64,000 nucleotides of DNA from contig NC_043003.1 of the NCBI RefSeq assembly GCF_006345805.1, positions 9,238,001 through 9,302,000 on the forward strand. Direction: 5' to 3'. Position 1 is the stretch's first letter; the number at the start of each line of letters is the position of its first letter. A program made the translations under genes and the position numbers. Below are positions 1-13,300 of the stretch, in pieces. The notes under the pieces were generated by a model. That model saw only the letters and a program-made list of their open reading frames with translations, made no database searches and had not been told where the DNA came from. This DNA is from Octopus sinensis (lineage: Eukaryota).

Positions 1-99
1 AGAAGTGCCATTCAGATGATTGATATTCAAGTACAAACGAACAAATTACAGCCTCTGATGCACAGTATATAATATTAAGCCAGGTACTTATTCGTTCGT

Positions 100-355
100 G
101 GAGGCTCTCGGCCTAGTGGTTAGGATGCTGGACGCATGACCGTAAGATTGTGGTTTCAATTCCTGGACCGGGCGATGCATAACACTTTCTTTCACGTTGC
201 TTCTGTCCACTCAGATGATAAAAAAGGAGTAATCGTATGAGTAATCCTGTGACGGACCAGCGTCTCGTCCGGGGAGGAATACATCCGTCAGACAAACTGA
301 GAAACCGGCCACATGCTCCTTACAAAATAATGCGGACTAACCAAGTTATTCTATC
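100..355 (+). mobile_element. tRNA-headed SINE family D
   Basis: GGCCTAGTGG A box, GGTTTCAATTCC B box, TTTCACGTTGCTxCxGTCCACTCAG body; related copies at 1380-1615 (+), 35860-35990 (-) and 54272-54505 (-). Confidence 0.75.
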
Positions 356-689
356 ATTTACTTTAGCAGGGGGTCGTAAATAAGTTTACACTGGTTGTCA
401 AGCAGTGGTGGGGAACACATGAAGAAACACACACACAACAGGCTTCCACACAGTTTCCGTCAACCAATTTCAACACCAAGTATTGATCTGATGGGAGAAA
501 CAGTAGAAGACATTCAATGTGGAGCACTGTTGGACTGAATCCAAAACAACGGGTTTGCGAAGTGAGCTGCTAAACCACTCAGCCAGTCTCAGCATGTTAC
601 CTTTGATGAAACCAGTTACTAAACAAGTGCAATAAATATATTAGATTAAATTCCTAAATACGTCGTAAATAGCCATATGACGTGTCGAA

Positions 690-809
690 CCACATGGTTC
701 CGGGTTCAGTCTCACTGCGTGGCACGTTGGGCAAGTGTCTTCTGCTATAGCTTCGGGTCGACCAAAGCCTTGTGACTGGATTTGGTAGATGGAAACTAAA
801 AGAAGCTCG

Positions 810-887
<78 letters not shown>

Positions 888-1305
888 TAAAGTTAATCCA
901 AACATGAAAGCACAAAAAAAAAAACCACAACAACGCGAGGACGTGGAACAAATATAGTATTATTGGACGCTCAGGAAAGAAGGAAAGAAGGAGGGTTCAA
1001 TGCTTCGAGCGGAGCTCTTCGTCGGAAACATAGGAGAAGGAAAGATCCAGAGAAGGGAAGACAGAGAAAAAAAATCGCCAACGGTACACACGAGGTTACA
1101 TTTTGAATATATGTGTGTGGGGGTATTTGTGTGTCTGTGTTTGTCCCACTTACCATCGATGCTGGTGTCATTACGTCTCTGTAACTAAGCGGTTCGGCAT
1201 AAGAGACCGAAAGAATAAGTATAAGTACTAGGCTTACGATTTGTTCCACTAAAGGCGCTGCTCCAGCATGGCCGCAGTTACATGACTAAAATATGTAAAA
1301 GAGTA
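690..1305 (+). mobile_element. SINE family C (CORE-like, internal microsatellite), interrupted
   Basis: CACGTTGGGCAAGTGTCTTCT body, with the 3' part at 1110-1305; (TA)n and the PLE-like fragment lie inside. Confidence 0.75.
884..1110 (-). mobile_element. Probable PLE pseudo-LTR fragment with decayed hammerhead
   Basis: Abuts (TA)n at 815-882 inside a SINE. The minus strand of 995-1029 reads GTTT-CCGACGA-A-GAGC-TCC-GCTC-GAAG-CATTG-AAC. Confidence 0.5.
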
Positions 1306-1840
1306 ATCGACTGATTGGTAAAGCCCCGCTGATCAGAACACCGCAACTCGAGCCAGTGGCATAACATTTTACCTTTTCGCGGTTAGAGTGTCGGACTAAT
1401 GATCGTAATATTGAAGTTTCGTTTCCTGGACCGGACGATGCGGCCCAGAATTGCAAACCACTTCATTTCACGTTGCTCCAGTCCACTCAGCTGGTAAAAT
1501 GCGTAATCCTGCGACGTCAAGGGAGGAATATATATAAGCTAAAGAAACCTGGAAACCGGTCCTCTTATGCTTATGGAGTAATGTGGGCTAAACAACTTAT
1601 TCTATCAGTTATTTTGCTGAACCGCTAACTACGAAATCTCCATCGATTTGTACCTCAATATCTTAAAAAACGAAACAAAACAAAAGAAAACGGTAGACAT
1701 GGGATTAAATTATTTAGGGTAGATATGTGAGAATCCACGAAAAGGCCATAACCGGAATGCCTTTATTTATAGATTTGGCTTGTTTTTTTAAAATCTTTTA
1801 TATGTTTTACTTTTTTCAGGAAACGAGTTAAAGATTTTGA

Positions 1841-2537
1841 CCTCTTGACAACGGTTGACGCAAATATGCGATCACACTTTTGCTTGCCGCGGTTAACGTA
1901 AATATACGATGTAGGGCTGCCCTACATCTATCACGGACTTTTTAGCGGCTGAGACTAGCAGTAGACCAATGACATGCGGATACTTTACATGCATGTGCAT
2001 GTAAAGTTACGAGGAAGGGAAGGAAGGAGAGGAGGGTGAGGAATTACTTCATGGAAAGATCCGAGGAGGGGAGGGATTACTTCCTGGAAAGTTCAGCGGA
2101 ACGGGAGGAATGAGTTCCTGGAAAGTTCCGATGAGGGTGACGAATTACTTCCTGGAAAGTTCCGAGGTGGGGAGGAACTACTTCCTGGAAAGTTCCGAGG
2201 AGGGTGAGGAATTATTTCCTGGAAAGTTTCGAGGAAGGGGAGGAAGGGTAGGATTCGTTGTCCGGGCTGTGATGTGTCCCTTTGCATAATGCCGTGTTTT
2301 GAGTTGTACCACACGCAAGCTATTTTTTGAACTTGAGCAGAATAACTCGTGCATATCATATTATGATAAATAGCTTCACATAGTTCGTTTTCATAAACTG
2401 GTAGACGTATATGTACGACGCTATGTTATTGTAATGGTGAACGTAAATAGACGCGAGCTTGTTGGCACTTGTGTGTTTGTGTGGCCTCATTAGATAAAAA
2501 AAACCCGCATGCTTCGGGTAATACCGGCGTCAAGGGG
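1841..2537. mobile_element. piggyBac-like MITE with internal tandem repeat
   Basis: TTGA-CCTCTTGACAACGGT ... ACCGGCGTCAAGGGG-TTAA (16/19 match including the tetranucleotide target). Confidence 0.6.
2040..2240. repeat. 33-34 bp minisatellite, 6 copies, each with TTC(N3)GAA
   Basis: TTCATGGAA at 2048; TTCCTGGAA at 2081, 2115, 2149, 2182 and 2216. Confidence 0.9.
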
Positions 2538-4161
2538 TTAAAGATAAAAAGTGAAAAGAACGCCACGGAATCGACCTCACTACTCTGGGAGAGCCTACAA
2601 AGGTTTTGGCCGCTTTTTCTTCTCAATTGGCCAAGTTACGATCCTAATCCTGCCACAGACAAAAGCAAAACAAAACGAAAATAATCAAAAAAATATTTGA
2701 AAATCAAAACAAGCCCGTATTATTGATATTCATCTTTTTAAAATTAGATTTTGTCCCAAACGTGGCTTGAGGCTACTGTAGCGTAAGGGTCTGTAATGAA
2801 AGAAGAGAAGGGCCTTAATTCAAAATATGTCAACCCACAGAGAGCTTAAAGGACTGGGTAACATAAACCAGACGGAAGCAAGACGATGGTAGTGAGTTTC
2901 AGAGGGTAGAAGTTCGCAAAAAAACCCCAGCAAATCTATCGGGATAGAAGGAAATAATGGAATACTGGAATAAAGTGCAACCTTTGGTATGTTCCTCAAG
3001 GATAAGTGAAGCTGTTCTCAATGGGAACAGAAACCAGGGCCAAGATTGATGTGAGAGAACTTACAGTATTATGATTCACAACTAAAATCAATAACTTACA
3101 AGAAAGCCTCCTGTAGTCACGTGGCTCTACTTCAATGCTCCTCAAATTGCATTCTACTGTCTTTAAAAAAAGCAAAGAAGGACACCTATGATTATGTAGA
3201 TACACTAGGTTTAATAAAAAAGATCTGATAGTCTGATTGGATCTTTGATCATAGATCTATCTGCTCGAGTCGAAATGATCTGGCGGGTAAATAATAATAT
3301 CACTAGCAAGAACTAAAGTAACAACAGCAACAAAATTATTTTGGCAAAAATCTTCAGATTTATATGGAAATGAAGCGAAGCTGGGAATCGTCACGGAATC
3401 GGCTTATCTCCTCTCCGTATTCGCAATCTCGATAGAAATAACTACCACGAATCTAAAATAAAATAAAGCAAGATAAAAGCAAGATTTTGTAAATAAATTA
3501 AAAAAGAAAGAAAGACAAAACCGAAAAATAAATCAAAGAAATACATTTGTCTGTTCAATGGATGCAGCTTGTAGTGAAATCACCTAAAAAAAACTGTAGG
3601 AGACACGGTGGCAATGTATAATTTGAACATAATAAAGAAAGTAAAAAGTAGTAACAGCTGCTTTGGTAACGAGATCAATAATTCTCTTTGGGGTAAACAG
3701 CAAACCACCTGTAGTTACTATAATGTTAAATTAGCACTGCAGGAATGTAGTTAGAGGAGGAATGAAGAAACAGGAAGCTTCACACACATATTAACACTAA
3801 AAACAAGTAAAACAAAACGTGTATCTAAAAACAAATACTGTAAAATAGTTTATTAAAGTCAAAAGAAACGTAAAAATGAATTATGGAACGTTTTTACGTT
3901 CGTTTACCTATTCAAGATAATTTTTTTTTTGAAAAAACTTTTCTTTTTCATTTTCTAACTGGTTGAAAAAAATAACTGTGTAGTGAGAACTAAACTCCAA
4001 GTAATGTACAAGGAACAAATACTGTTCTATCATCAAAGGAAAATCTATATGAGAACGGAGGAAATGGTTAGAAATAGATAAATAGAGATGTAGAGATTGT
4101 GAAAATTGGATAGCTGTAGAAGTTTTAATAAACAAGGGTTATATATGCACGCACACACACG

Positions 4162-4222
<61 letters not shown>

Positions 4223-4454
4223 ACCACACACACATACATATGTACGAATATACACACACGTACATATACAAACGTGCGTATATACATACATACACACACA
4301 TACACATGCATCTATATGCATATATATATGATATATACATATACGTTTGTATATATATATATATATATACATACATACATGTGTGTGTATATATATATAT
4401 ATGTATACATACGTTTGTGTATATATTTATATGCACCAGTTTTGGAATAACGTG

Positions 4455-5620
4455 AGAACTTGGCAAACTGACGGATTTGGATTTTGCACACGACTTGGTG
4501 TTACTAAGCTCCGACAGAGATACGCAGCAGATCATGACAGATAGCCTATAGAGAGTGGAAGCGAAGGCAGGGCTGTGGATTTGCGCTGAAGAGACCAAAG
4601 CTACGTAAGTTGGTGGAGCCCAAACAACTTGTCAATCGCGGACAAGGCGAAATCGAGTACGTCAATAAGTTTATTGATCAAGGAAACTGTATTTCCATTG
4701 AGGGTGGTGCAGAAGGTGAAGTCAAGACCAGGATAGGTAAAATAATGTTAGTGTTCCAACGCCTTCAACCTTCAGTAAAAGATAGAGCTGCAGCTATACC
4801 CATCCATTGGTATACCTATTTCTTTACTACTCACAAGGGGCTAAACATAGAGAGGACAAACAAGGACAGACAAACGGATTAGGTCGATTATATCGACTCC
4901 AGTGCGTAACTGGTACTTAATTTATCGACCCCGAAAGGATGAAAGGCAAAGTCGACCTCGGCGGAATTTGAACTCAAAACGTAGTGGCAAACAAAATACC
5001 TATTTCTTTACTACCCACAAGGGGCTAAACATAGAGAGGACAAACAAGGACAGACAAACGGATTAAGTCGATTATATCGACCCCAGAGCGTAACTGGTAC
5101 TTAATTTAACGACCCCGAAAGGATGAAAGGCAAAGTCGACCTCAGCGGAATTTGAACTCAGAACGTAATGGCAGACGAAATACTGCTAAGCAGTTGGCTC
5201 GGTGTACTAACGTTTCTGCCAGCTCGCCCCCTTATCCATTGGTATACCAACAAACATCTACGCTTTTGAACCTGAAGGAAGACAGGGAAGATCTCTCAGT
5301 TGCTGGAAGGGTTCCATCGGCACTAGCCTACGTTCAATGATGGGCATCTCTTACTGGGATAGAGTGAGAAATGAAGAGGTGAGGAGAAGAGCTAGCATGA
5401 GAGGTTTGCAGGACATTGCAGGATTAAGCGGCGCGTACGGTTTACTGGTCATGAGCTTCGTTTACCGCAAGAAAGACCTGCTATTATCCTGATGGAGTAG
5501 ATATCGGGGGAGAGAAAGGAAGGAGAGGAAGACCAAGGAAGACGTGGCGCAGTACGCTGCGGGAGGACATGAATTGGTCCGAATGGAACGAAAAGGAAGG
5601 CAAGTAATGGGGATGTTTGG
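4455..5620 (+). mobile_element. RTE-clade LINE relic (RT end and C-terminus) split by a SINE
   Basis: KLTDLDFAHDLVLLS..QIMTDSL*, IEYVNKF..GNCIS.EGGAE.EVKTRIGK, then after the SINE MMGISYWDRVRNEEVRRR..GRPRKTWRSTLREDM; in-frame stops. Confidence 0.8.
4817..5233 (-). mobile_element. tRNA-headed SINE family A, tandem-dimeric body, 15-bp TSD
   Basis: A-box-like TGGCAGAAACG and B-box-like GAGTTCAAATTCC; ATCCATTGGTATACC at 4802-4816 and 5234-5248. Confidence 0.85.
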
Positions 5621-6229
5621 GGAAGGCTCGTTACTCGTTGTGCATAGTATGTATATGTGTGTGTGTGTGTGCGTGTGCGTGTTTGTGTGTATTTATATGC
5701 ATAGATATACACACAGACATACATACAGGTACGTGCATACGCACATATTAAGACCACACAAACACGTGTATAAAAACAGAAGGTATGAGAGGAGAATATA
5801 TATTTATTTAACCACACGACTTGGTATAACCATGATTATCTGGTTATACCATGAACTGAGAAGCTCGCTTTCTTGTTTTGCATTAATTTGTGAATATGCA
5901 TTTGTATTGTATTATGCTGCATATATTCATTCTTTTCTACTCTAGGCACAAGGCACGAAATTTTTCGGGAGGGGACCAGTCGATTAGATCGACCTCAGTA
6001 CGCAACTAGTACTTAATTTATCAACCCCGAAAGGATGAAAGGCAAAGTCAACCTCGGCGGAGTTGGAACTCAGAACGTAAAGACAGACGAAACATTGCTA
6101 AGCAATTCACCCGTCGAACTAACGTTTCAACCAGCTCGGGGTTGATAAATTAAGTACCAATTGCGTACTGGGGTCGATCTAATCGACTCCCCGCCACCAA
6201 AATTTTCGAGCCTTGTGTATACATGTACA

Positions 6230-6256
6230 TCATATGTACATATATGTGTGTGTATT

Positions 6257-6290
<34 letters not shown>

Positions 6291-6436
6291 TGTATGTATG
6301 TATGTATGTATGTATGTATGAATTTGTATGAATACACTCATACATACACATATATATCATACTCAATATACTCACAGAGAAGAAGGAAAGTGCATGATGT
6401 GAGAAAAACAGAGAGAGAGAGAGAGAGAGAGAGCGA

Positions 6437-6467
<31 letters not shown>

Positions 6468-7740
6468 TGTGTGTGTGTGAGTGAGAGAGAGAGTGAGAGA
6501 GTGAGTGGGAGAAAAGCTAAGGGAACGAGAGAGAGAGAACGAGAAAGAGAACGTGAAGAAGAGAGGAAGGCTTACATACATGACATATGTCTATTGATAG
6601 AGATTTAATTGATGGCTTGATATATTACAAATACAGAATCTTTCACAGTTACAGGAAAAGTAAATGAGAATTTCATGTTCATGCCCAAGCGCCCAAATGA
6701 AGTAAAATATCTACAAAAGAAAATGGAAGGTGGAGCGCGAATTTTGCTGGCCAAAAAGTTCTCCACTTGAATAGTTATAAGAATGATGTATTGAAGTAAA
6801 CATAACGCATGGATAAATGGTTCGCCAAGAATGCGGAATTGTAAAAGTTGGCCAGAACAAATTTGGCTTCCTCACACACACACACACACACACACATACA
6901 CGCACGCACGCATACACACATACACGCACGCACGCACACACATACACGCACACACACACACATATACGCACGCACGCCCACACATGCACGCACGCAAACA
7001 CACACACACTCACATACATACACGCACGCACACACACACACACACATAAACACACACACACACACGCACGCACACACACACACATATACACACACAGATA
7101 TGTATGTATGTGTGTATATATGTTTGTATGCATGTGTGTACGTTTGTATGTACGTATGTATGTATGTATGTATACATACATAGATATATACATACATACA
7201 CACGCAGATATGTATGTATGTATGTAAGTATATATGTTTGTATGTATGTATGTTTGTATCTATGTACGAATGTATATATGTATGTAATGAATGTACGAAT
7301 GTACGCATGTTGTTTTATTATTATTAATAAATGTACGCATGTATGCATGTATGTACAAATCTATGTATGTACGTATGTATGTGGATGTGTGTGTAAGAAT
7401 GTATGTATGTATATGTACGGACACACACTCATATACATAGATATGCATATATATCAGTTTTCGCATATATTTGTGTGTGTGAGTGCGCGTTCATACATGT
7501 TTATAAATATATGTACACACTTATGTTTATGTATGTATGTATGTATGTATGTATATATATGTATATGTTTATATATATATATATGGGTATGTGTGTATAC
7601 TATATATGATTTACATTTTTTCACCTATATATATCTATATATATACACACATATATATATGCAAGTATGTATGTATCTATGTAGCTGTCTCTCTACACAC
7701 ATGCGCACACCCACACTCATACACACACACACTAATATGT
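6230..7740. repeat. Compound microsatellite field (TATG, GA, CA, CACG)
   Basis: Direct inspection. Confidence 0.9.
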
Positions 7741-7932
7741 CTTTAATTTAGATTAAGTCTGCAGTGTCCATCTCCTCGTAAAGTCCATTTCTAACACATT
7801 AACAGAATCTGTTACCACGATTTCACTCTATTGAACATTACATCAACTTCACTCAGGAGCAGTTCATTTAAGCAAAGATACATTATTACATCTCTTACTA
7901 TTCCATGATATAGCAGTTAGCATTAGTATATA

Positions 7933-8828
7933 CAAGGTGTTCTGGATAAATTTGACCGTTTGCGTAAAAAGTGGTTGTGAGGGGGAACGCAATATCTTAA
8001 TAAAAGTATTTTTGAAAATAATTAAACTATATCAACTAGGTTATGATTGGGGGAGTTTACTCAGAGTAGCCGCCCTCAGCTTCCACCACGGTCTCAAGAC
8101 CGCTCCACCACGGCTTCTAAATCACGGCCTCAAGAAGCAGGCGTCCCTCATTGTGTCCCTTGGAAGATCTTCAAACATTCCCTTGATCTTAGACACCACT
8201 TCGGCCTTGGTATTGCAAGCAGAGCTGTAGGTGTCTTTCTCCACCGCGCTCCACACATAGTAATTGATGTGATTACAATCAGGGGAAGTAAGGGGCCAGA
8301 AATTGGGGCTGCTGAAGTCGTAGAAATACTCTGACAACCACTTCTGACTCTTTCCGGAGGTATGACAAATATCCAAATTCTGCTGCCAATCATATGACAT
8401 TCCAGCAACAACCTTCTGCAGTCAGGGCTTGACTACAGTCTCCAGCAGCTTCTCGTAGCCGTCTGAATTAAGCTTAAAGCCCTGTTCAAAGATGTGAGGC
8501 AGCATGGGGTGACCCTCAATGGAGACACATCCAAAAGCCATCACAGACTGGCGGGAACTTGGTTCACACGGTGTCCATGTTACATCTTTACAATGTTGAC
8601 AGAGCGTTGAACAGCAGTCATGATGTCGGCATTTTCATACCCGTTGCGGATCATTATGATACAGGTAACTTTTTTCCGATATTCAAATGGCTTCCAGCCC
8701 TCCATGTCAACTAACTTCTCAACTACAACCTAAATCTTTATGCTCTCCAACGCCGTTGACTGTTCACCTATATATCAAGCAGTTACTGAAAACAAGAGAC
8801 ATCATCAAATGTAGCCAGAATAGCCCGA
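7933..8828 (-). mobile_element. Tc1/mariner (DD37D maT-like) internally deleted relic
   Basis: Minus frames WQQNLDICHTS.KSQKWL..FWPLTSPDCNHINYYVWS..CNTK..FRSRLEAVVEAEGGY. Left end TA-CAAGGTGTTCTGGATAAATTTGA, with a degenerate matching right TIR at ~8805-8828. Confidence 0.8.
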
Positions 8829-9138
8829 ATTCATAAAGTCTAATGTATCCGAATTTTCATCACGCTTCCAAAGACAAAATCCATTTCTTCTTTCAATCTT
8901 TTATCTTTTATCTTTAATCTTTTAATTGTTTCAGTCATTGGACTGCAATCATGCTGGTACTCTAATTTCAAGAGCTTCAAGTGTAAAAATAAAAAGAAAA
9001 AAACGAAGAAAATTTTTATTTTACTTTGTAAAATTCCAAATCACATTTTTCGAGGAGATCGTAACAGTAATGCTGCTATTTAAGTAAACTCATAAACGAT
9101 GGACAAGTAGATTAATATAATACATAGTAAAACAGCTA

Positions 9139-9650
9139 CTGTAAATCCTTGAGTAGAGTCCGCCCTTGAGTATAATACGCAGGGGATTTTTAGGGGACTG
9201 TACCTCTGAAAAACCTAAACCTTGTGTATAATACGCACCCCTTCTCTAACTTGAGTCAAGGAGGTCTATATAACGTCCTTGGTTTGTAAAAATGTATACG
9301 GTAACATCCTTTATTATTATTGTATATATAACATAATGCAAACGTTTAGCTTTTTTGTGCATTTTGTTTACAGAAAATAAAGAAATAGCAGTAATAATGT
9401 TTAATAAATGTTGCTTACTGCAAGTTATGGATGATTCTTTTATGACTTCATTGCTTTCAGGCTTAGCTTCAGGTATTTTCGCGCCCGACATCACAAAATG
9501 CGTCTGAATAACGATTGCCGGACAGCAAAAAGAGTTTCGGACATTGCTTAGAAAATAATTTTCATTTTTAACCTCGTATATAGTAAGCACTAGGGATTTT
9601 GACCTTTAAATTTTGGGAAAAAAATGCGGATTATACACGAGGATTTACGG
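9139..9650. mobile_element. pogo/Tc-type MITE
   Basis: TA-CTGTAAATCCTTGAGTAGA ... TATACACGAGGATTTACGG-TA (15/19 TIR match, TA duplication). Confidence 0.7.
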
Positions 9651-10307
9651 TATGTTGGTCTTTGAAACTCTAAAAAGAAATTCCAGCGGACTTTTGAAAT
9701 GAATCAAAATCAGTATCATTACTATAAAAACGGTTAGGGAAGTTCTCTCGATCGAACTTCGAAGAAGACGAGCTATTGGCGTGTGAAATACCTAAACATT
9801 TCACATTTCAGTGTGAAGCTGTTGTGCCAACAAGATACGTTCGTTGAGATGAAATATGCTACTTTAAGCAATAAAATCAGTTAGAAAGATGAAAAAAGAA
9901 AGAAAAAAAATGTACTGTAAATAACATATCAGCCCAGTATATTCTGCTGCCAAGAAAATTGCAGCATACATGACCCATGTTAAAAACAAAACTGATTACA
10001 ACACAAGTAAAACTGCTGCTATCATTACACGAACACACGAACAAAGAAATTGGAGTGAAAGGATATAAACTTGGAGAAGCCCTCATCATATCAGCCGAAT
10101 GTTATACATTGGTACATATCCTGCAGCCTAGAGGAGAACAACGACATTGACAAAAAGAGGAGTCTCTCCTAGACTTGTGGTTGAGACATATTTTAACTGC
10201 ACAAACCGGAGTAGTTTCCTAAATCCGTGATGAATTAAAGCGATAAAGATGTCTCTAAACCACTACGCAATGATAGAAAATGTCGACGGATCTACAACTT
10301 TATACAA

Positions 10308-10500
10308 CGGTGGTTCTCAACCGGGGTCCATATGACTTCTCTGGTCCATGTAAGATTAGGGAGAAGGGGTCCACGCAAGCACAATAGTAAATCGGGTCCA
10401 TGAAAAATTTTCTCTGATGTTTTACATAGTTCACCCTACACAAGTGAATGTGTGATAAATAAAATAAGTATTTTGAAAGAAGTCTCTATAAAACTACAGA
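10308..10500. mobile_element. hAT MITE left part (same family as 25143-25402)
   Basis: CGGTGGTTCTCAACCGGGGTCCATAT start and repeated GGGTCCA motifs; right end not seen. Confidence 0.5.
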
Positions 10501-11249
10501 GATGTACTTGCATAGCAAGTGACCTGATCTGAGATCGTGTGCTGGAACGAAAACAATTGCAGCGTGGAAGGTGTTTATAAGCCATTTAAGAAACACAGAA
10601 AAACCGTTAGATTCACTTCAACATTTAAATTTAATTTGTCAAAATATTTTCGTCGCTTTGAGACCGCGACCTGTTCACTGACAAAACCCCGTGCTGTGTT
10701 CAATAAAACTAGTTTTAAACATCGAATAGCTATGGGTGTCCACCAAAAGGAAATAATAACCAAAGGCCATTGATAAGAAATTTTGAGAACCGCTAGCAGA
10801 GAAGGCAGTGCCATCATCATCAGCTTTCCTAAAGCGTCTGCAGGTACTACCTTCTCATGAGAGATGGTATCGTTGTCCAAACTATTTACAATGCAATCCA
10901 CAGAAAAAATCGACTTGACTGCCATAATGGATGCACTCAAGAACCAGAATGTGTCCACACCTTTCATAAAAGGCAATCTTAGTGGAATATTCGAATAACA
11001 ACAGCAATCCGGTGCAAGACTTACACACCTGATATTATTCTATGAGCTAGAGAACAGAAGTCATACACTGTTGTAGAGCTTGGCTGATTTTACGTCCAAT
11101 ATTCGAGTGTAGTTTAAAGTGTAAAATGTTTTCTGGTGGTTTGTATGCATTTTTAACGATTGTCAATGAACTCGAAACGAAGGTCAAATTCATGTATTTG
11201 TGTGTGTTAGTGTCCATGTGCGTTGGTGCGCCTATATGTATACAGCTCT

Positions 11250-11660
11250 GGCGATCTGGCAGAAACGTTAGCACGCCGGGCGAAATGCTTAGCGGTATTT
11301 CGTCTGTTGTTACGTCCTGAGTTCAAATTCCGCCGAGGTAGACTTTGTCTTTCATCCTTTCGGGGTCGATAAATTAAGTACCAGTTACGCACTGGGGTCG
11401 ATGTAATCGACTTAATACCTATGTCTGTCCTTGTTTGTCCCCTCTGTGTTTAGCCCCTTGTGGGTAATAAAGAAATAGGTATTTCGTCTGTTGTTACGTT
11501 CTGAGTTCAAATTCCGTCGAGGTCGACTTTGCCTTTCATCCTTTCAGGGTCGATAAATTAAGTACCAGTTACGCTCTGGGGTCGATATAATCGACTTAAT
11601 CCGTTTGTCTGTCCTTGTTTGTCCCCTCTGTGTTTAGCCCCTTGTGGGTAGGAAAGAAAT
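11250..11660 (+). mobile_element. SINE family A, dimeric body
   Basis: Same head, with the repeated body GCCTTTCATCCTTTCGGGGTCGATAAATTAAGTACCAG present twice. Confidence 0.85.
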
Positions 11661-11680
11661 ATATATATATCCATCTATAC

Positions 11681-11754
<74 letters not shown>

Positions 11755-12097
11755 ATGATTATGCACATGCACTGACACACACACATACAAATTGCAAAAT
11801 GCTGTAAGATATAAACGTGAGAGGGAGAGATTGAAGCCTGTGGCGAGGAAGAAGAGAAATAAGGAGGGAGAAATATAAAGTCAGAGATTGAAAGAATCAC
11901 GTGGCAAATTCATCAATTATTGATTTCTGACATTGACACCAGGTCAGAGATTTTGGGGGAATGGAAGAACATCTCTGAATTTGACATTTATTTGATTTTT
12001 CTCGACCCTGGAAGGATTTAAGGTATAGCTGATCTCAGTGGGAAATGAACCTACAAGGGCTTATCAAAATGGTGCAGCGGATTTTATAATAAAAACA

Positions 12098-12433
12098 TAA
12101 TAATAATGAAATTATTGTATACAGTGCTCAGGTGCACCACAACTTGTCAGAAAGTGCGTATAAAGCATATGCAGTAATGTACAAATGTCTGGAAGGTGAA
12201 CAATGTATGAGTCCAGGTGTAGTGTTGGCAAATCTCAGAAAGCATGAGATTATAGTAACCCTTTTCTTACTATATTTAGGCTATTATTTCTAGCATATAG
12301 AGTGACCACATTGAGGTCTCCTTCCCCCATTTCTTCTGCTCATTATTTTTCTTCTTAACCCTTTCCTTACTATATTTAGGCTATTAGTTCTAGCATATAG
12401 AGTGACCACATTGAGGTCTCCTTCCCTCATTTC

Positions 12434-12473
<40 letters not shown>

Positions 12474-12506
12474 AATTATTGTATACAGTGCTCAGGTGCA
12501 CCACAA
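12098..12506. repeat. Two interleaved local duplications
   Basis: ATAATAATGAAATTATTGTATACAGTGCTCAGGTGCACCACAA ends at 12142 and 12506; 80-bp direct repeat at 12256-12335 and 12356-12435. Confidence 0.8.
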
Positions 12507-12789
12507 GCGCTACTAAGTGTGACAGTCCACGGTTCTCTGAGATGCTGAAATATTAAAATATATAAATACTGGAGCGAAAGAAAACGAATAGAAAAAAATA
12601 AAGTAGGAACAAAGGAGAGCAGCCTGACAGGAAATGAATGAAAAATAAAGAAATGTTTGTGAGAAAGGAGAGATACAAAGAACATATACACACATAAAAG
12701 CATGCATACATAGACATATACTTGCGCTCACACACACACCTGTGAATGCGTACTACGTGAACATATATGAGTGTATGTGTATGTGTATG

Positions 12790-12837
12790 TATATACACAA
12801 TGCACACACACACATAGGCACACACACAGGCACGCAG

Positions 12838-12868
<31 letters not shown>

Positions 12869-13300
12869 CACACACAGGCACACAGACACACACACACACA
12901 CACACACACACAGGCACACACAGGCACACAGACACACACACACACACACAGGCACACACAGGCACACAGACACACACACACACGCGCACACACACACACA
13001 GGCACACACAGGCACACAGACACACACACACGCACACACACACACAGGCACACACAGGCACACAGACACACACACACACACACACACACACAGGCACACA
13101 CAGGCACACAGACACACACACACGCACACACACACAGGCACACACAGGCACACAGACACACACACACACACACACACACAGGCACACAGACACACACACA
13201 CACACACACACACAGGCACACAGATACACACACACACACACACACACACAGGCACACACAGGCACACAGACACACACACACGCGCACACACACACACCTA
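12790..13300. repeat. (CA)n-based VNTR with CAGGCACACACAGGCACACAGA units
   Basis: Higher-order repeat visible directly. Confidence 0.9.

Noticed and set aside
2040-2240. CRISPR-like spaced repeats (also 32155-32456)
   Set aside because: Spacers are similar to each other, there are no cas genes, and the context is eukaryotic.
10575-10976. 133-aa minus-strand ORF
   Set aside because: Composition suggests an antisense shadow of a decayed plus-strand frame; not recognisable.
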